DNA from: Phenylobacterium sp.
GTDB lineage: Bacteria; Pseudomonadota; Alphaproteobacteria; Caulobacterales; Caulobacteraceae
DNA length: 64,000 nucleotides
Direction of reading: 5' to 3'
NCBI RefSeq assembly: GCF_030698145.1
Contig: NZ_JAUYNW010000047.1
Span: forward strand, 15,618-79,617
The notes beneath the pieces are model-generated. The model did not search any database and was not told the DNA's origin. It saw nothing but the letters and a program-made list of their open reading frames with translations. This document shows, piece by piece, positions 54,537 to 64,000 of this stretch. The translations under genes were made by a program, and so were the position numbers. Each line of letters starts with the position of its first letter. The stretch's first letter is position 1.

Positions 54537-55901
54537 ATGGCCCGCGACGGCGCCGTCTATGTCTGTCAGTCCTGCGGGGCCACGCAGACCAAGTGGGCTG
54601 GGCAATGCCCGGCCTGCGGCGCCTGGAACACCCTGGTCGAGGAAGTGCAGTCGCGGCCGCCCGGCGCCCTGGCCCCCAGCCGCGCCTCCAAGACCCGCGG
54701 CCTGACCTTCCAGGGCCTGGACGAGCACACCCCCTCCCCGCCGCGCATCATCACGGGGGTCGGAGAATTCGATCGGGTCTGTGGCGGCGGCGTGGTGCCG
54801 GGCTCGGCGATCCTGCTGGGCGGCGACCCGGGGGTCGGCAAGTCGACCCTGCTGATGCAGGTGATGGCCAGCGCCGCGCGGCGCGGGGCCAACTGCGGCT
54901 ACATCTCCGGCGAAGAATCCCTCGCCCAGGTGCGGGGCCGCGCCCAGCGCATGGGCCTGGCCGACGCACCGGTGAAGCTCGCCACCGAGACCGCCCTGCG
55001 CGACATCCTCGACAGCCTGAAGCGCGAGAAGTTTGACCTGGTGGTCATCGATTCCATCCAGACGATGTGGAGTGACGTCCACGAGGCCGCGCCGGGCTCC
55101 GTCACCCAGGTGCGCGCCGCCACCGGCGAGTTGGTGCGCCTGGCCAAGAAACAGGGCGTGGCGGTGATCCTGGTCGGCCACGTGACCAAGGAGGGGACAA
55201 TCGCCGGGCCCCGGGTGATCGAGCACATGGTCGACGCGGTCCTCGCCTTCGAGGGAGAGCGCGGCTACCCGTTCCGCATCCTGCGCGCGGTGAAGAACCG
55301 CTTCGGCGCCACCGACGAGATCGGCGTCTTCGAGATGGGCGATTCAGGCCTGGGCGAGGTGAAGAATCCCTCGGCCCTGTTCCTGGACACCTCGGGCGAA
55401 CGCGCGGCCGGGGCGGCGGTGTTTGCGGGCATCGAGGGCTCGCGGCCCGTGCTGGTGGAGTTCCAGGCCCTGGTGGCGCCCTCGGCCTACGGCACGCCGC
55501 GCCGGGCGGTGGTGGGCTGGGACTCAGGACGCCTGGCCATGGTCCTGGCCGTGCTGGAGACCCGCTGCGGCCTGTCCCTGGGCAATCGCGACGTCTATCT
55601 GAACGTGGCCGGCGGCCTGCGGATCAATGAGCCGGCCGCCGACCTCGCCGCCGCCGCGGCCCTGGCCTCCTCGGCGCTGGACGTCGCCCTGCCGCAGGAC
55701 TGCGTGGTGTTCGGCGAGATCAGCCTGTCAGGGGACATCCGGCCGGTCAGCCGCATGGAATCGCGCCTGAAGGAGGCCGCCAAACTGGGCTTCCGCCGGG
55801 CGCTCGGCCCCAAGGACATCGACGGCGGCGGGATGAAGATCGACGGGGCCGCGCGCCTGGCCGACGCCGTCGCCCGGATCGGCGAAGCCCAATGGGACTA
55901 G
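54537..55901 (+). CDS. radA: DNA repair protein RadA/Sms
   Basis: C4 zinc finger, GDPGVGKSTL, IDSIQT, KNRFG, Lon-like C-domain. Confidence 0.98.
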   Translation: MARDGAVYVCQSCGATQTKWAGQCPACGAWNTLVEEVQSRPPGALAPSRASKTRGLTFQGLDEHTPSPPRIITGVGEFDRVCGGGVVPGSAILLGGDPGVGKSTLLMQVMASAARRGANCGYISGEESLAQVRGRAQRMGLADAPVKLATETALRDILDSLKREKFDLVVIDSIQTMWSDVHEAAPGSVTQVRAATGELVRLAKKQGVAVILVGHVTKEGTIAGPRVIEHMVDAVLAFEGERGYPFRILRAVKNRFGATDEIGVFEMGDSGLGEVKNPSALFLDTSGERAAGAAVFAGIEGSRPVLVEFQALVAPSAYGTPRRAVVGWDSGRLAMVLAVLETRCGLSLGNRDVYLNVAGGLRINEPAADLAAAAALASSALDVALPQDCVVFGEISLSGDIRPVSRMESRLKEAAKLGFRRALGPKDIDGGGMKIDGAARLADAVARIGEAQWD

Positions 55902-56527
55902 GCCCCCTGCCCTGGTTCGATATCGTGGTGGGCCTGATCCTGCTGGTCTCGGCGGGCGCCGGCCTCATCCGCGGCGGCACGCGCGAGATGGTGACGGCCC
56001 TGGCCTTGATCCTGGCCACGGTGATCGCAGTGTTCGGCCTGCGCTACACCGGCGCGATCGGACGCGACCTGATCGATCCCGACTGGCTGGGGACCCTGAC
56101 CGCCGGACTGGTGGTGTTCGTGGCGGTCTACGCCCTGCTGCGGATCACCGGAGCCGGCATGGTGCGCAAGATCCAGGGCATCCAGGTGCTGGGCATGCTG
56201 GACCGGATCGTGGGCCTGGGATTCGGCCTGATCCGCGCCCTGGTGGTGCTGGGCGCCTTCCACCTGGTGTTCCACGCCGCCACGCCGCCGAATCGGCTGC
56301 CCCAGTGGATGAGGGGTGCGGCGTTTTATCCCGTGACCCGCGCGGCCGCCGACACGCTGAAGGCCTTCATGCCCAAGGGTTTGGACCTGGCTGACAAGCT
56401 GCGCGCGCCCCTGGGCGAGGCGGTTCGTGACGGTTCGACGACCGCTGGGGGTGACTCTCGTGACGCTCAGGGCTATGACCCCCGCGACCGCGGCGGGCTC
56501 GATGATCTGGTGGAGAAATCCCGATGA
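55892..56527 (+). CDS. cvpA: CvpA family membrane protein
   Basis: D.VVGLILLVSA..GLIRGGTRE, LDRIVGLGFGLIR; radA-cvpA-purF order. Confidence 0.9.
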   Translation: MGLGPLPWFDIVVGLILLVSAGAGLIRGGTREMVTALALILATVIAVFGLRYTGAIGRDLIDPDWLGTLTAGLVVFVAVYALLRITGAGMVRKIQGIQVLGMLDRIVGLGFGLIRALVVLGAFHLVFHAATPPNRLPQWMRGAAFYPVTRAAADTLKAFMPKGLDLADKLRAPLGEAVRDGSTTAGGDSRDAQGYDPRDRGGLDDLVEKSR

Positions 56528-58023
56528 CCCAGGATCTGGATCGATGGCGCCCTGCGGCGCCGCCACACCGGGATCCTGACGACGACACGCCCCGCCTCGA
56601 ATGCGGGGTCTTCGGGGTCTTCGACGTCAACGCCGCCGCCGCCATCACCGCGCTCGGCCTCCACGCCCTGCAGCATCGCGGCCAGGAAGCGTGCGGCATC
56701 GCGGTGTTCGACGGCCACCGCTTCCACACCGAGCGCCATATGGGCCATGTGGGCGACGCCTTCGCCGGCGCCGACCTGGTCGACCGCCTGCCCGGCCACT
56801 GCGCCATCGGCCACACCCGCTACTCCACCGCCGGCGGCAGCTTCATCCGCAACGTCCAGCCGATGTTCGCCGATCTCGAGGCCGGCGGCGTGGCCCTGGC
56901 CCACAACGGCAACCTGACCAACTTCCTGACCCTGCGCGAACAACTGGTCTCGGAAGGCGCGATCTTCCAGTCGACCTCGGACTCCGAGGTAATCCTCCAC
57001 CTGCTGGCCCGCTCCCGGAAGGCCCGCTTCGTGGACCGGTTCATCGACGCCCTGTCGCGGATCGAGGGCGGCTACGCCCTGGTGGCGCTGACCAACAAGA
57101 AGCTGGTGGGCGTGCGCGACCCGCTGGGCATCCGCCCGCTGGTGCTGGGCGAGATCGACGGCAAGTACGTGCTCGCCTCTGAGACCTGCGCGCTCGATAT
57201 GATCGGCGCGCGGTTCGTGCGCGACATCGAGCACGGCGAGATGGTGGTCATCGACCACGACGGCATCGAGAGCCTGAAGCCCTTCCCCGCCGCCCGCGCC
57301 CGGCCCTGCATCTTCGAATACGTCTATTTCGCCCGGCCCGACTCCGTGGTGAACGGCCGCTCGGTCTATGACGTGCGCAAGCGCATGGGCCGCAGGCTGG
57401 CCCAGGAGAGCCATGTCCCCGTCGACGTGATCGTGCCGGTGCCCGACTCCGGCGTGCCCGCCGCCCTGGGCTACGCCCAGGAGACCGGCGTGCCCTTCGA
57501 GATGGGCATCATCCGCAACCACTATGTGGGCCGCACCTTCATCCAGCCGACGCAAGGCGCCCGCGAACTGGGTGTGCGCATGAAGCTCTCGCCCAACCGC
57601 AACGTGCTGGCCGGCAAGCGGGTGATGCTGATCGACGATTCCATCGTGCGCGGCACCAACTCCGTGCGCGTGGTGCGGATGGTGCGCGAGGCTGGCGCCG
57701 CCGAGGTGCACCTGCGCTCGGCCTCTCCGCCCATCAAGTGGCCGGACTACTACGGCATCGACATGCCCGACCGCGAGCACCTGCTGGCGGCCAACAAGTC
57801 GGTCGAGGAGATCGCCAAGATCCTCGAGGTCGACTCCATGGGCTATCTCTCGGTCGACGGGCTCTATGCGGCCATGAACGCCGACCCGCGCGACCCGGTG
57901 AACCCACAGTTCACCGACCACTACTTCACCGGCGACTATCCGACGCGGCTGCTGGACCGCGAGATCGCCGAAGGCCGCAACGACGGCGCCGACCGCCAGC
58001 TCTCGTTCCTGGTCGACGCGTGA
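56524..58023 (+). CDS. purF: Amidophosphoribosyltransferase
   Basis: Propeptide then ECGVFG, LQHRGQE, GHTRYST, CIFEYVYFARPDS, IDDSIVRG. Confidence 0.98.
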   Translation: MTQDLDRWRPAAPPHRDPDDDTPRLECGVFGVFDVNAAAAITALGLHALQHRGQEACGIAVFDGHRFHTERHMGHVGDAFAGADLVDRLPGHCAIGHTRYSTAGGSFIRNVQPMFADLEAGGVALAHNGNLTNFLTLREQLVSEGAIFQSTSDSEVILHLLARSRKARFVDRFIDALSRIEGGYALVALTNKKLVGVRDPLGIRPLVLGEIDGKYVLASETCALDMIGARFVRDIEHGEMVVIDHDGIESLKPFPAARARPCIFEYVYFARPDSVVNGRSVYDVRKRMGRRLAQESHVPVDVIVPVPDSGVPAALGYAQETGVPFEMGIIRNHYVGRTFIQPTQGARELGVRMKLSPNRNVLAGKRVMLIDDSIVRGTNSVRVVRMVREAGAAEVHLRSASPPIKWPDYYGIDMPDREHLLAANKSVEEIAKILEVDSMGYLSVDGLYAAMNADPRDPVNPQFTDHYFTGDYPTRLLDREIAEGRNDGADRQLSFLVDA

Positions 58024-59003
58024 TCTCAAGGATCGCGGCCTGGCGCAAAGCGCTGGGCCTGGATTGGTATATCGCCGCCATCGTCGGCATGGTCGTGCTG
58101 GCCTCGATCCTGCCTGCGCGGGGCGAGGCCGCGCCGGTGGTCGCCACCGCCACCAAGTTCGGCATCGCCCTGGTGTTCTTCCTGCACGGGGCCAAGCTCA
58201 GCCCCGACGCGGTGGTCAAGGGCCTGCTGCACTGGCGGCTGCACGGCCTGGTGATGGTGACCACCTTCATTCTGTGGCCGCTGACCGGCCTGGGCGCGGC
58301 CGCTCTGCCGAGCTGGGTCCTGCCCGCGGCCCTGACGCCGGGCGTGGTGTTCCTGGCCTGCCTGCCTTCGACCATCCAGTCGGCGATCGGGTTCACCGCC
58401 ATCGGGCGCGGCAATGTGGCGGCGGCGGTCTGCGGAGCCTCGGTCTCCAACCTGCTGGGCATGATCGTCACCCCTGTGATGGCGGGCGCCCTGCTGGGCG
58501 CCCAGGGCGAGGGCGTGTCGCTGGCCTCGTTCCAGGCGATCCTGCTGCAGCTCCTGGCGCCCTTCGTGGCGGGCCAGGTCCTGCGTCGCTGGGTCGGCGG
58601 CTTCATCCAGCGCCACGCCAAACTGTTCGGGCTGGCCGACCGGGGCTCGATCCTGCTGGTGGTCTACAACGCCTTCTCCGGCGCGGTCGTGGCCGGGATC
58701 TGGAGCCAGGTCTCGGCCCTGGACCTCGCCAGGATCATGCTGATCTGCGTGGTCCTGCTGGCCATGTCGCTCGGGTTCATGATCTGGGTGGCGCGGGTTC
58801 GCGGTTTCTCGACCGAGGATGAGATCGCCATCGTGTTCGGGGGCTCCAACAAGAGCCTCGCCGCCGGGGTCCCCATGGCCGGGGTGCTGTTCCCCGCCGC
58901 CACTGTGGGCTTCATTCTCCTGCCGGTGATGCTCTATCACCAGTTCCAACTGATGACCTGCGCCGCCCTGGCGCAGCGCTACGCCAAACGAGTTTCTCCA
59001 TGA
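58020..59003 (+). CDS. Bile acid:sodium symporter family (SBF-like, YfeH-type) transporter
   Basis: FFLHGAKLS, LPSTIQSAI, GNVAAAVC, KSLAAGVPMA, LPVMLYHQFQL; GTG overlaps the purF TGA. Confidence 0.9.
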   Translation: MISRIAAWRKALGLDWYIAAIVGMVVLASILPARGEAAPVVATATKFGIALVFFLHGAKLSPDAVVKGLLHWRLHGLVMVTTFILWPLTGLGAAALPSWVLPAALTPGVVFLACLPSTIQSAIGFTAIGRGNVAAAVCGASVSNLLGMIVTPVMAGALLGAQGEGVSLASFQAILLQLLAPFVAGQVLRRWVGGFIQRHAKLFGLADRGSILLVVYNAFSGAVVAGIWSQVSALDLARIMLICVVLLAMSLGFMIWVARVRGFSTEDEIAIVFGGSNKSLAAGVPMAGVLFPAATVGFILLPVMLYHQFQLMTCAALAQRYAKRVSP

Positions 59004-59749
59004 CCGCCTCCCTTCCCCTCGACGGCAAGATCGCCCTGGTCACCGGCGCCACCCGCGGCATCGGCCGCGCCTGCGCCCTGGCGCTGGCCCAGGCCGGAGC
59101 CCAGGTGGTCGCGGTCGGCCGCACCCAGGGGGCGCTGGAGACCTTGGACGACGAGATCAAGGCCGCCACCGGCAAGGCCGCGACCCTGGCGCCCTTGGAC
59201 CTGATGCAGGGCGACGCCATCGACGGCCTGGGCCTGGCGATCCACCAGCGGTTCGGCAAGCTGGACATCCTGGTCCATGCCGCCGCGATCCTGGGCGGCC
59301 TGACCCCGGTGTCGCACATCGATCCACCGGCCTGGGACAAGGTGTTCTCCAGCAACGTCACCTCGACCTACCGGCTGATCCGTTCGACGGAGCGCCTGCT
59401 GCGCGAGTCCGAGGCCGGGCGGGGCATTTTCTTCACCACCGGGCGCGTGGAGCGTCCCAAGGCATTCTGGGGGGCCTACGGGGCCTCCAAGGCCGCCCTG
59501 GAGCATCTGGTGCGCACCTGGGCCGACGAGCTGGAGAACACACCCATCCGCGCGGTGCTGGTCGATCCGGGGACCATGCGCACCAAGATGCGCGCCGAGG
59601 CCATGCCGGGCGAGGATCCGATGACCCTGCCCGAGCCGGCGGAGATCGGGCCGATGATCGTAGAGCTGGCGCAGGCTGATCTCGGCCTGCCCAAGGTCAA
59701 CGTCCGCTTTTCCGACTGGGCGGCGGCCGGGAAGCTCGCTTCGGCTTGA
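59000..59749 (+). CDS. SDR family oxidoreductase (YciK-like)
   Basis: [34 protein letters not shown]. Confidence 0.9.
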   Translation: MTASLPLDGKIALVTGATRGIGRACALALAQAGAQVVAVGRTQGALETLDDEIKAATGKAATLAPLDLMQGDAIDGLGLAIHQRFGKLDILVHAAAILGGLTPVSHIDPPAWDKVFSSNVTSTYRLIRSTERLLRESEAGRGIFFTTGRVERPKAFWGAYGASKAALEHLVRTWADELENTPIRAVLVDPGTMRTKMRAEAMPGEDPMTLPEPAEIGPMIVELAQADLGLPKVNVRFSDWAAAGKLASA

Positions 59750-61349
59750 CGCCGGGGCGCAGCAGCTTGGCCTTGCGTCCCTTGGGCGTGGGGCCCGCGC
59801 CGATCTTGAACTTGCCCACCGAGGCGAGCTTGGTCTTCGGCTTCACCTTGGGCTTCGGCTTGGCCTTCACGACCGGCGCCTCGACCTCGGCGGCTGCGGC
59901 CGCGGCGGTGATCCGGGCGCGGGTGGCCGCGACGCCCTTGGGGGCGGCGGCCTTCTTGCCGATCTTGGGGGCGAAGTTGGGGGCCGAGGAGCGGGGCGCG
60001 GGCCCGCCCTTGTCCTCGCCCTCGGCATAGGGGTTCTTGTTCGACTTGACGGTCAGCCGCATGGGCACGCCAGGCATGTCGAAGCTCTCACGCAGCGAGT
60101 TGATCAGGTAGCGCCGATAGTGGTCGGGCAGCTGGTCGGCGCGGGTGGCGAACAGCACGAAGGTCGGCGGCCGGGCCTTGGTCTGGGCCATATATTTCGG
60201 CCGCACGCGGCGCCCGCCCACGGCCGGCGGGGGATGGCGCTCGATGGCCATGTGCAGCCAGTCGTTGAGGTCGCGGGTCTTGACCTTGGTCGACCAGTCC
60301 TTGTGGACCTTGAACACCGCCGGCATCAGCCGGTCGAGGTGGCGGCCGGTCTCCGCCGACAGGGCGACCACGGGAGAGCCGCGAAGCTGCGGCAGCAGGC
60401 GACCGGCCTCCTCGGTGATGTATTTCAACGTCGCGCCCTGGTCGGCCACCAAGTCCCACTTGGCCAGGCAGAAAACGAGCCCACGTCCTTCTCGTTCAAC
60501 AAGATCGGCGATCTGCAGGTCCTGGATCTCGAAGGGGTGGGTGGCGTCCATCACCAGGATGACGATCTCGGCGAACGTGATCGCCCGGATCGAGTCGTGG
60601 GTGGAGAGCTTCTCCAGGTTCTCCTGAACCTTGGCCTTGCGGCGCAGGCCGGCGGTGTCGACCAGGCGCACGGCCTGACCGTCCCAGGTCCAGTCCACCG
60701 AGATGGCGTCGCGGGTGATGCCGGCCTCCGGGCCGGTCAGCAGCCGGTCCTCGCCGATCAGCTTGTTGACCAGGGTCGACTTGCCGGCGTTGGGGCGCCC
60801 GACGATGGCGATGCGGATCGGCTTGTCGTCTTCCTCGGCCTCGGAGTCGTCGGCCTCGGGCTCGACCGCCAACAGGGCTTGGAAGAGATCGGCCATCCCC
60901 TCCCCGTGCTCGGCGGAGATGGCGATGGGCTCGCCCAGACCCAGGCCGAAGGCCTCCATGACGCCGACGTCGCTGGCCTTGCTCTCGGCCTTGTTGGCGG
61001 CGACCACTACGGGCTTGTCGTACTTGCGAAGGATCTCGGCGAACACCTCGTCCATCGGGGTCACGCCGTCGCGCGCGTCGATGACGAACAGGGCCACGTC
61101 GGCCTCGGCGATGGCGAGCTCGGTCTGCTGGCGCATCCGCGACTCGAGGCTGTCGTCGGTGACGTCCTCGAACCCGGCGGTGTCGATCAGCTCCAGCTCA
61201 AGATCGCCGATCCGCCCGGTGCCATAGCGCCGATCGCGGGTGACGCCCGGCTGGTCGTCGACGATGGCGAGCTTCTTGCCCGCCAGTCGGTTGAACAGCG
61301 TCGACTTCCCGACATTGGGACGCCCGACAATAGCTAGCCGCATCGGCAT
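59697..61349 (-). CDS. der: Ribosome biogenesis GTPase Der/EngA with basic C-terminal extension
   Basis: Two G-domains ([22 protein letters not shown] twice), KH-like domain, about 100-aa K/A/P-rich tail. Confidence 0.97.
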   Translation of the reverse strand: MPMRLAIVGRPNVGKSTLFNRLAGKKLAIVDDQPGVTRDRRYGTGRIGDLELELIDTAGFEDVTDDSLESRMRQQTELAIAEADVALFVIDARDGVTPMDEVFAEILRKYDKPVVVAANKAESKASDVGVMEAFGLGLGEPIAISAEHGEGMADLFQALLAVEPEADDSEAEEDDKPIRIAIVGRPNAGKSTLVNKLIGEDRLLTGPEAGITRDAISVDWTWDGQAVRLVDTAGLRRKAKVQENLEKLSTHDSIRAITFAEIVILVMDATHPFEIQDLQIADLVEREGRGLVFCLAKWDLVADQGATLKYITEEAGRLLPQLRGSPVVALSAETGRHLDRLMPAVFKVHKDWSTKVKTRDLNDWLHMAIERHPPPAVGGRRVRPKYMAQTKARPPTFVLFATRADQLPDHYRRYLINSLRESFDMPGVPMRLTVKSNKNPYAEGEDKGGPAPRSSAPNFAPKIGKKAAAPKGVAATRARITAAAAAAEVEAPVVKAKPKPKVKPKTKLASVGKFKIGAGPTPKGRKAKLLRPGVKPKRASRPPPSRKSGR

Positions 61350-61369
61350 GGCGTCACGTTTCGTCCGGG

Positions 61370-62776
61370 TTAGCGCAGCGCGATGAGTTGAGCCTCATCC
61401 GTCACGACATAGATGGTGCCGTTCACCGCGATCGGACCGATCAGGGTGGGGGCGCCGAGGTTCACGGTCTTCTCGATCTCGCCGGTCTTGGCGTTGATCG
61501 CCACCAGCTCGCCGCTGGTCCCGGCCACCACGATGCGGTTGGACGCCAGCACCGGGCTCGACCAGATCGGGCGGGTCGAATACTTCTTCTTGCCGCCCAG
61601 GAAACTCATGCCCATGAACCCCCTGCCGCGCAGCTTCTCGCGACCGACTCCGAGGTCGCGGATCCAGTAGATCTGGCCGCTCTCGCGGGCCGCGCAAATC
61701 ACCTCGCCGGACTTGGACACCACATAGACCACGTCGCCCGCGGGCCAGGGACTGGTGATGCCGGTCACCGGCAGGGTCCAGCGCGCCTGGCCGGTGCGCA
61801 GGTCGGTGGCGGCGAACACGCCCGAATGGCTGACCGCGAAGACGTCGCCCTGGAAGATCACCGGACGTCCGGGGATATCGCGGATTTCCGACAGGGCGTT
61901 GTTGCGGTTGGCGCGGCTGAGCGCCTCGTTCCACAGGTCGTTGCCGTTGGCGGCGCGCAGGGCGACCAGTTCGCCCGACCCGAAGGCCGCAACCACGGTG
62001 TCGCCCGAGACCGCCGGCGAGGAGGCCGCCAGGATGCGCGCCGATTCCGACAGCCCCTGATAGGTCCAGCCGTCGGCGCCAGTGGCCGCGTCGAAGGTGA
62101 GCAGGGTGTTGTCCACCGCCACCACGAACATGCGCCCGCCCGAGACGGTCGGGGCCGCGTGCAGCGGCTGTTCAGTGGTGGTCTTCCACGCCACCGCGCC
62201 GGTGTCGGCGTTGAGCTGGGCCACGAAGCGGTAGCCGGAGCTGACATAGAGCTTGCCGTCGGCCACGGCGAGGCCGCCGCCGAAGCCTTCCTTGTCGCGC
62301 TTGCTGTCGGGGCGGAGGCTGACCTTCCAGACCTGCGAGCCCGACTGGGCGTCGAAGGCCGAGACGTTGGCGCCGCCGTCCATGACGAAGATCTTACCGT
62401 TGGCCGCAACAGGCGGGGCGGTGACATAGGCGCCCTTGCCCGAGCCCTCGCCGAAGCCGCGCTTCCAGGCGATGGACAGGTTTCCACCCGCCTCGGCATG
62501 GCCGACGGACTGTTCGGCGTTGCCGCCGGGCAGCGGCCATTCAGCGACCGCCGCGGGGGCGGGCAGGAAGAAGTCGGCGCCCTTCAGGGCCTCGGCGACC
62601 TCCAGGGTCTGGTCGGCGGCGACGATGGCGATCCGTTCACCCTCGGCGGCGGTCTCCTGCGGGCCGTCGTCCCCACCCTTGAACGGGTTCAGTCTGCTGA
62701 TCGTCGAGCAGCCGCCCACGGTCACGCTGGCAGCGAGAAGGAGAACAAGCAGGCTGTTACGGCGCATAGGCGTCAT
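61370..62776 (-). CDS. bamB: PQQ-like beta-propeller lipoprotein, BamB-like
   Basis: Lipobox-like VGGC; repeated LVAL.A.TG...W blades; yfgM-bamB-der order. Confidence 0.82.
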   Translation of the reverse strand: MTPMRRNSLLVLLLAASVTVGGCSTISRLNPFKGGDDGPQETAAEGERIAIVAADQTLEVAEALKGADFFLPAPAAVAEWPLPGGNAEQSVGHAEAGGNLSIAWKRGFGEGSGKGAYVTAPPVAANGKIFVMDGGANVSAFDAQSGSQVWKVSLRPDSKRDKEGFGGGLAVADGKLYVSSGYRFVAQLNADTGAVAWKTTTEQPLHAAPTVSGGRMFVVAVDNTLLTFDAATGADGWTYQGLSESARILAASSPAVSGDTVVAAFGSGELVALRAANGNDLWNEALSRANRNNALSEIRDIPGRPVIFQGDVFAVSHSGVFAATDLRTGQARWTLPVTGITSPWPAGDVVYVVSKSGEVICAARESGQIYWIRDLGVGREKLRGRGFMGMSFLGGKKKYSTRPIWSSPVLASNRIVVAGTSGELVAINAKTGEIEKTVNLGAPTLIGPIAVNGTIYVVTDEAQLIALR

Positions 62777-63549
62777 TGGGGTCCGGGGGCTGGCTGTTGC
62801 GGCGCGGGCTGGGGCGCGAGTCCAGGCGGCAGGGCGCCCGGGGGCAGCGTGACGGGCGGCGGCAGGGCCATGGCGGCCTTCACCGCGCCGGGGATGGCCT
62901 TGGCCGAACTGGAGTCGATCAGAGCGATGGCGGCCTGGGCGCGCTGGGCCACGCCCTCGCCCGCATCGGCCATCAGCGACAGCACCACGAAGTCGCTGCG
63001 CGCGCCCGTGGCGTCGCCGGCCATGATCTTGGCGAAGGCCAGGGCTTCACGCGCCTCGACGCGATAGGGCCGGCCTTCTTCGGTGAGCGGCTTCAGGCGC
63101 GCCTCCATGTCCTTGTACGGGCTTGAGTCGAGCAAGGCGAAGGCGGATTTGAGGCGGGCGATGTCGCCCAGGATGGGGGTCGGCGCGGCCTCGGCGGCCT
63201 CGTCGAACAGCTTCACGGCCGCCGGGACCTTGCCGTCGGCGAGCTGCAGGCCGGCGAGCTGCTGGAGGGCCAGGGACTTGTAGGCCTTGGACGGCGACTT
63301 GGCGACCTCGCCCCAGAGGCGCACGGCCTCGTCGCGCTGGCCGCCGTTGAAGGCCTCGACAGCAGACGCGTATTGGTCAGACGCCTGGGCGTTGGTCTTG
63401 GCCTGGTAGGTCTGATAGCCCCAGACAGCCAGGGCGACGACCAAGGCCAGGGCCAGCACCCCGCCGACCCACGGCAGGGATTTCAGCGCAAGCGCCTTGT
63501 AGCGGTCGGAGCGGAGCTGCTCCTCGACCTCTTCAAAGACATCAACCAC
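62773..63549 (-). CDS. YfgM-like TPR membrane protein
   Basis: DVFEEVEEQLRSDR, one TM, helical repeats, Pro-rich tail; upstream of bamB. Confidence 0.82.
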   Translation of the reverse strand: MVDVFEEVEEQLRSDRYKALALKSLPWVGGVLALALVVALAVWGYQTYQAKTNAQASDQYASAVEAFNGGQRDEAVRLWGEVAKSPSKAYKSLALQQLAGLQLADGKVPAAVKLFDEAAEAAPTPILGDIARLKSAFALLDSSPYKDMEARLKPLTEEGRPYRVEAREALAFAKIMAGDATGARSDFVVLSLMADAGEGVAQRAQAAIALIDSSSAKAIPGAVKAAMALPPPVTLPPGALPPGLAPQPAPQQPAPGPQ

Positions 63550-63596
63550 GAAAGGGGACTCCGCGCGAAAGGGCGTTAGGGATTTGAGCGGGGGAA

Positions 63597-63623
63597 CCTA
63601 TAGCGGCGGGGCGTGCGCTGCAA
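63597..63623 (-). promoter_or_regulatory. Housekeeping-sigma promoter for yfgM-bamB-der
   Basis: Minus strand TTGCAGC-N12-GCTATAGG, matching the Caulobacter-style TTG...GCTANA layout. Confidence 0.55.
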
Positions 63624-63629
63624 CGCTCC

Positions 63630-64000
63630 CTATTGGTCGACCCAATCGCGCTTGATGACGCTCGAAGCGGCCACGAAGAGCAGCGCGCTCAGCAGGTAGA
63701 AGCCCAGGCCCGAATAGATGGCGTAGCGAAGGGCCTCGGCGCCGAACCGCGGGGTCAGGAGGTCGGAGACCGCGCCAAAATAGTAGGTGCCCAGGCCAAG
63801 CCCGATCAGGTTGTTGACGAACAGGAAGCAGGCGCTGGCGGTGGATCGCGAGGCGGGCGGCACCAGGTGCTGGACCGCGTTGATCACCGGACCGACCCAG
63901 GCCAGGTTCAGGCCCTGGGGGATCAGGAACAGCAGGAAGGCCACGACCATCGACTTGGCGCCGATGGCGAAGAAGAAGCATGGCAGGGCCAGGGTGAATG
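63630..64000 (-). CDS. MFS transporter (spinster-like), C-terminal part (5' end outside window)
   Basis: GPVINAVQHLVPPASRSTASA..LFVNNLIGLGLG...GAVSD; frame open to the window edge. Confidence 0.82.
   Translation of the reverse strand, partial: FTLALPCFFFAIGAKSMVVAFLLFLIPQGLNLAWVGPVINAVQHLVPPASRSTASACFLFVNNLIGLGLGTYYFGAVSDLLTPRFGAEALRYAIYSGLGFYLLSALLFVAASSVIKRDWVDQ

Noticed and set aside
55892-56527. cvpA as evidence of a bacteriocin locus
   Set aside because: cvpA-purF is a housekeeping arrangement, and no bacteriocin precursor or exporter is present.

Overview
GC-rich chromosomal window from an alphaproteobacterium; gene order, promoter style and repeats point to Caulobacteraceae (Phenylobacterium/Caulobacter-like), by inference. 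A conserved core scaffold (lptG-lptD-surA-pdxA, rsmA, gmk-yicC-mltG-fabF-acpP-fabG-fabD, rpsF-rpsR-rplI, dnaB-alr-radA-cvpA-purF-SDR, der-bamB-yfgM) is interrupted by accessory blocks. The largest is about 26 kb between fabD and rpsF. It holds a type VII ABC transporter with an AttH/lipocalin-like partner, a globin, a prolyl oligopeptidase, an orphan PAS-HisKA_2 kinase next to a frameshifted DsbA/HCCA-isomerase remnant, a TonB-dependent receptor, a long-form purC and a pilin-less Tad core operon. I saw no rRNA, tRNA, CRISPR array, integrase or transposase. The strongest leads are: (1) a non-coding stretch at 32.1-32.5 kb with clustered DnaA-box-like 9-mers, GANTC sites and operator-like palindromes; (2) recurrent ~50-bp synonymous AT-rich codon patches inside lptD, surA and der; (3) the ABC/AttH module; (4) a cassette-like low-GC gene with flanking direct repeats; (5) an orphan fliK plus FlhB-C-only pair. 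All protein calls come from motif recognition; no database searches were run.
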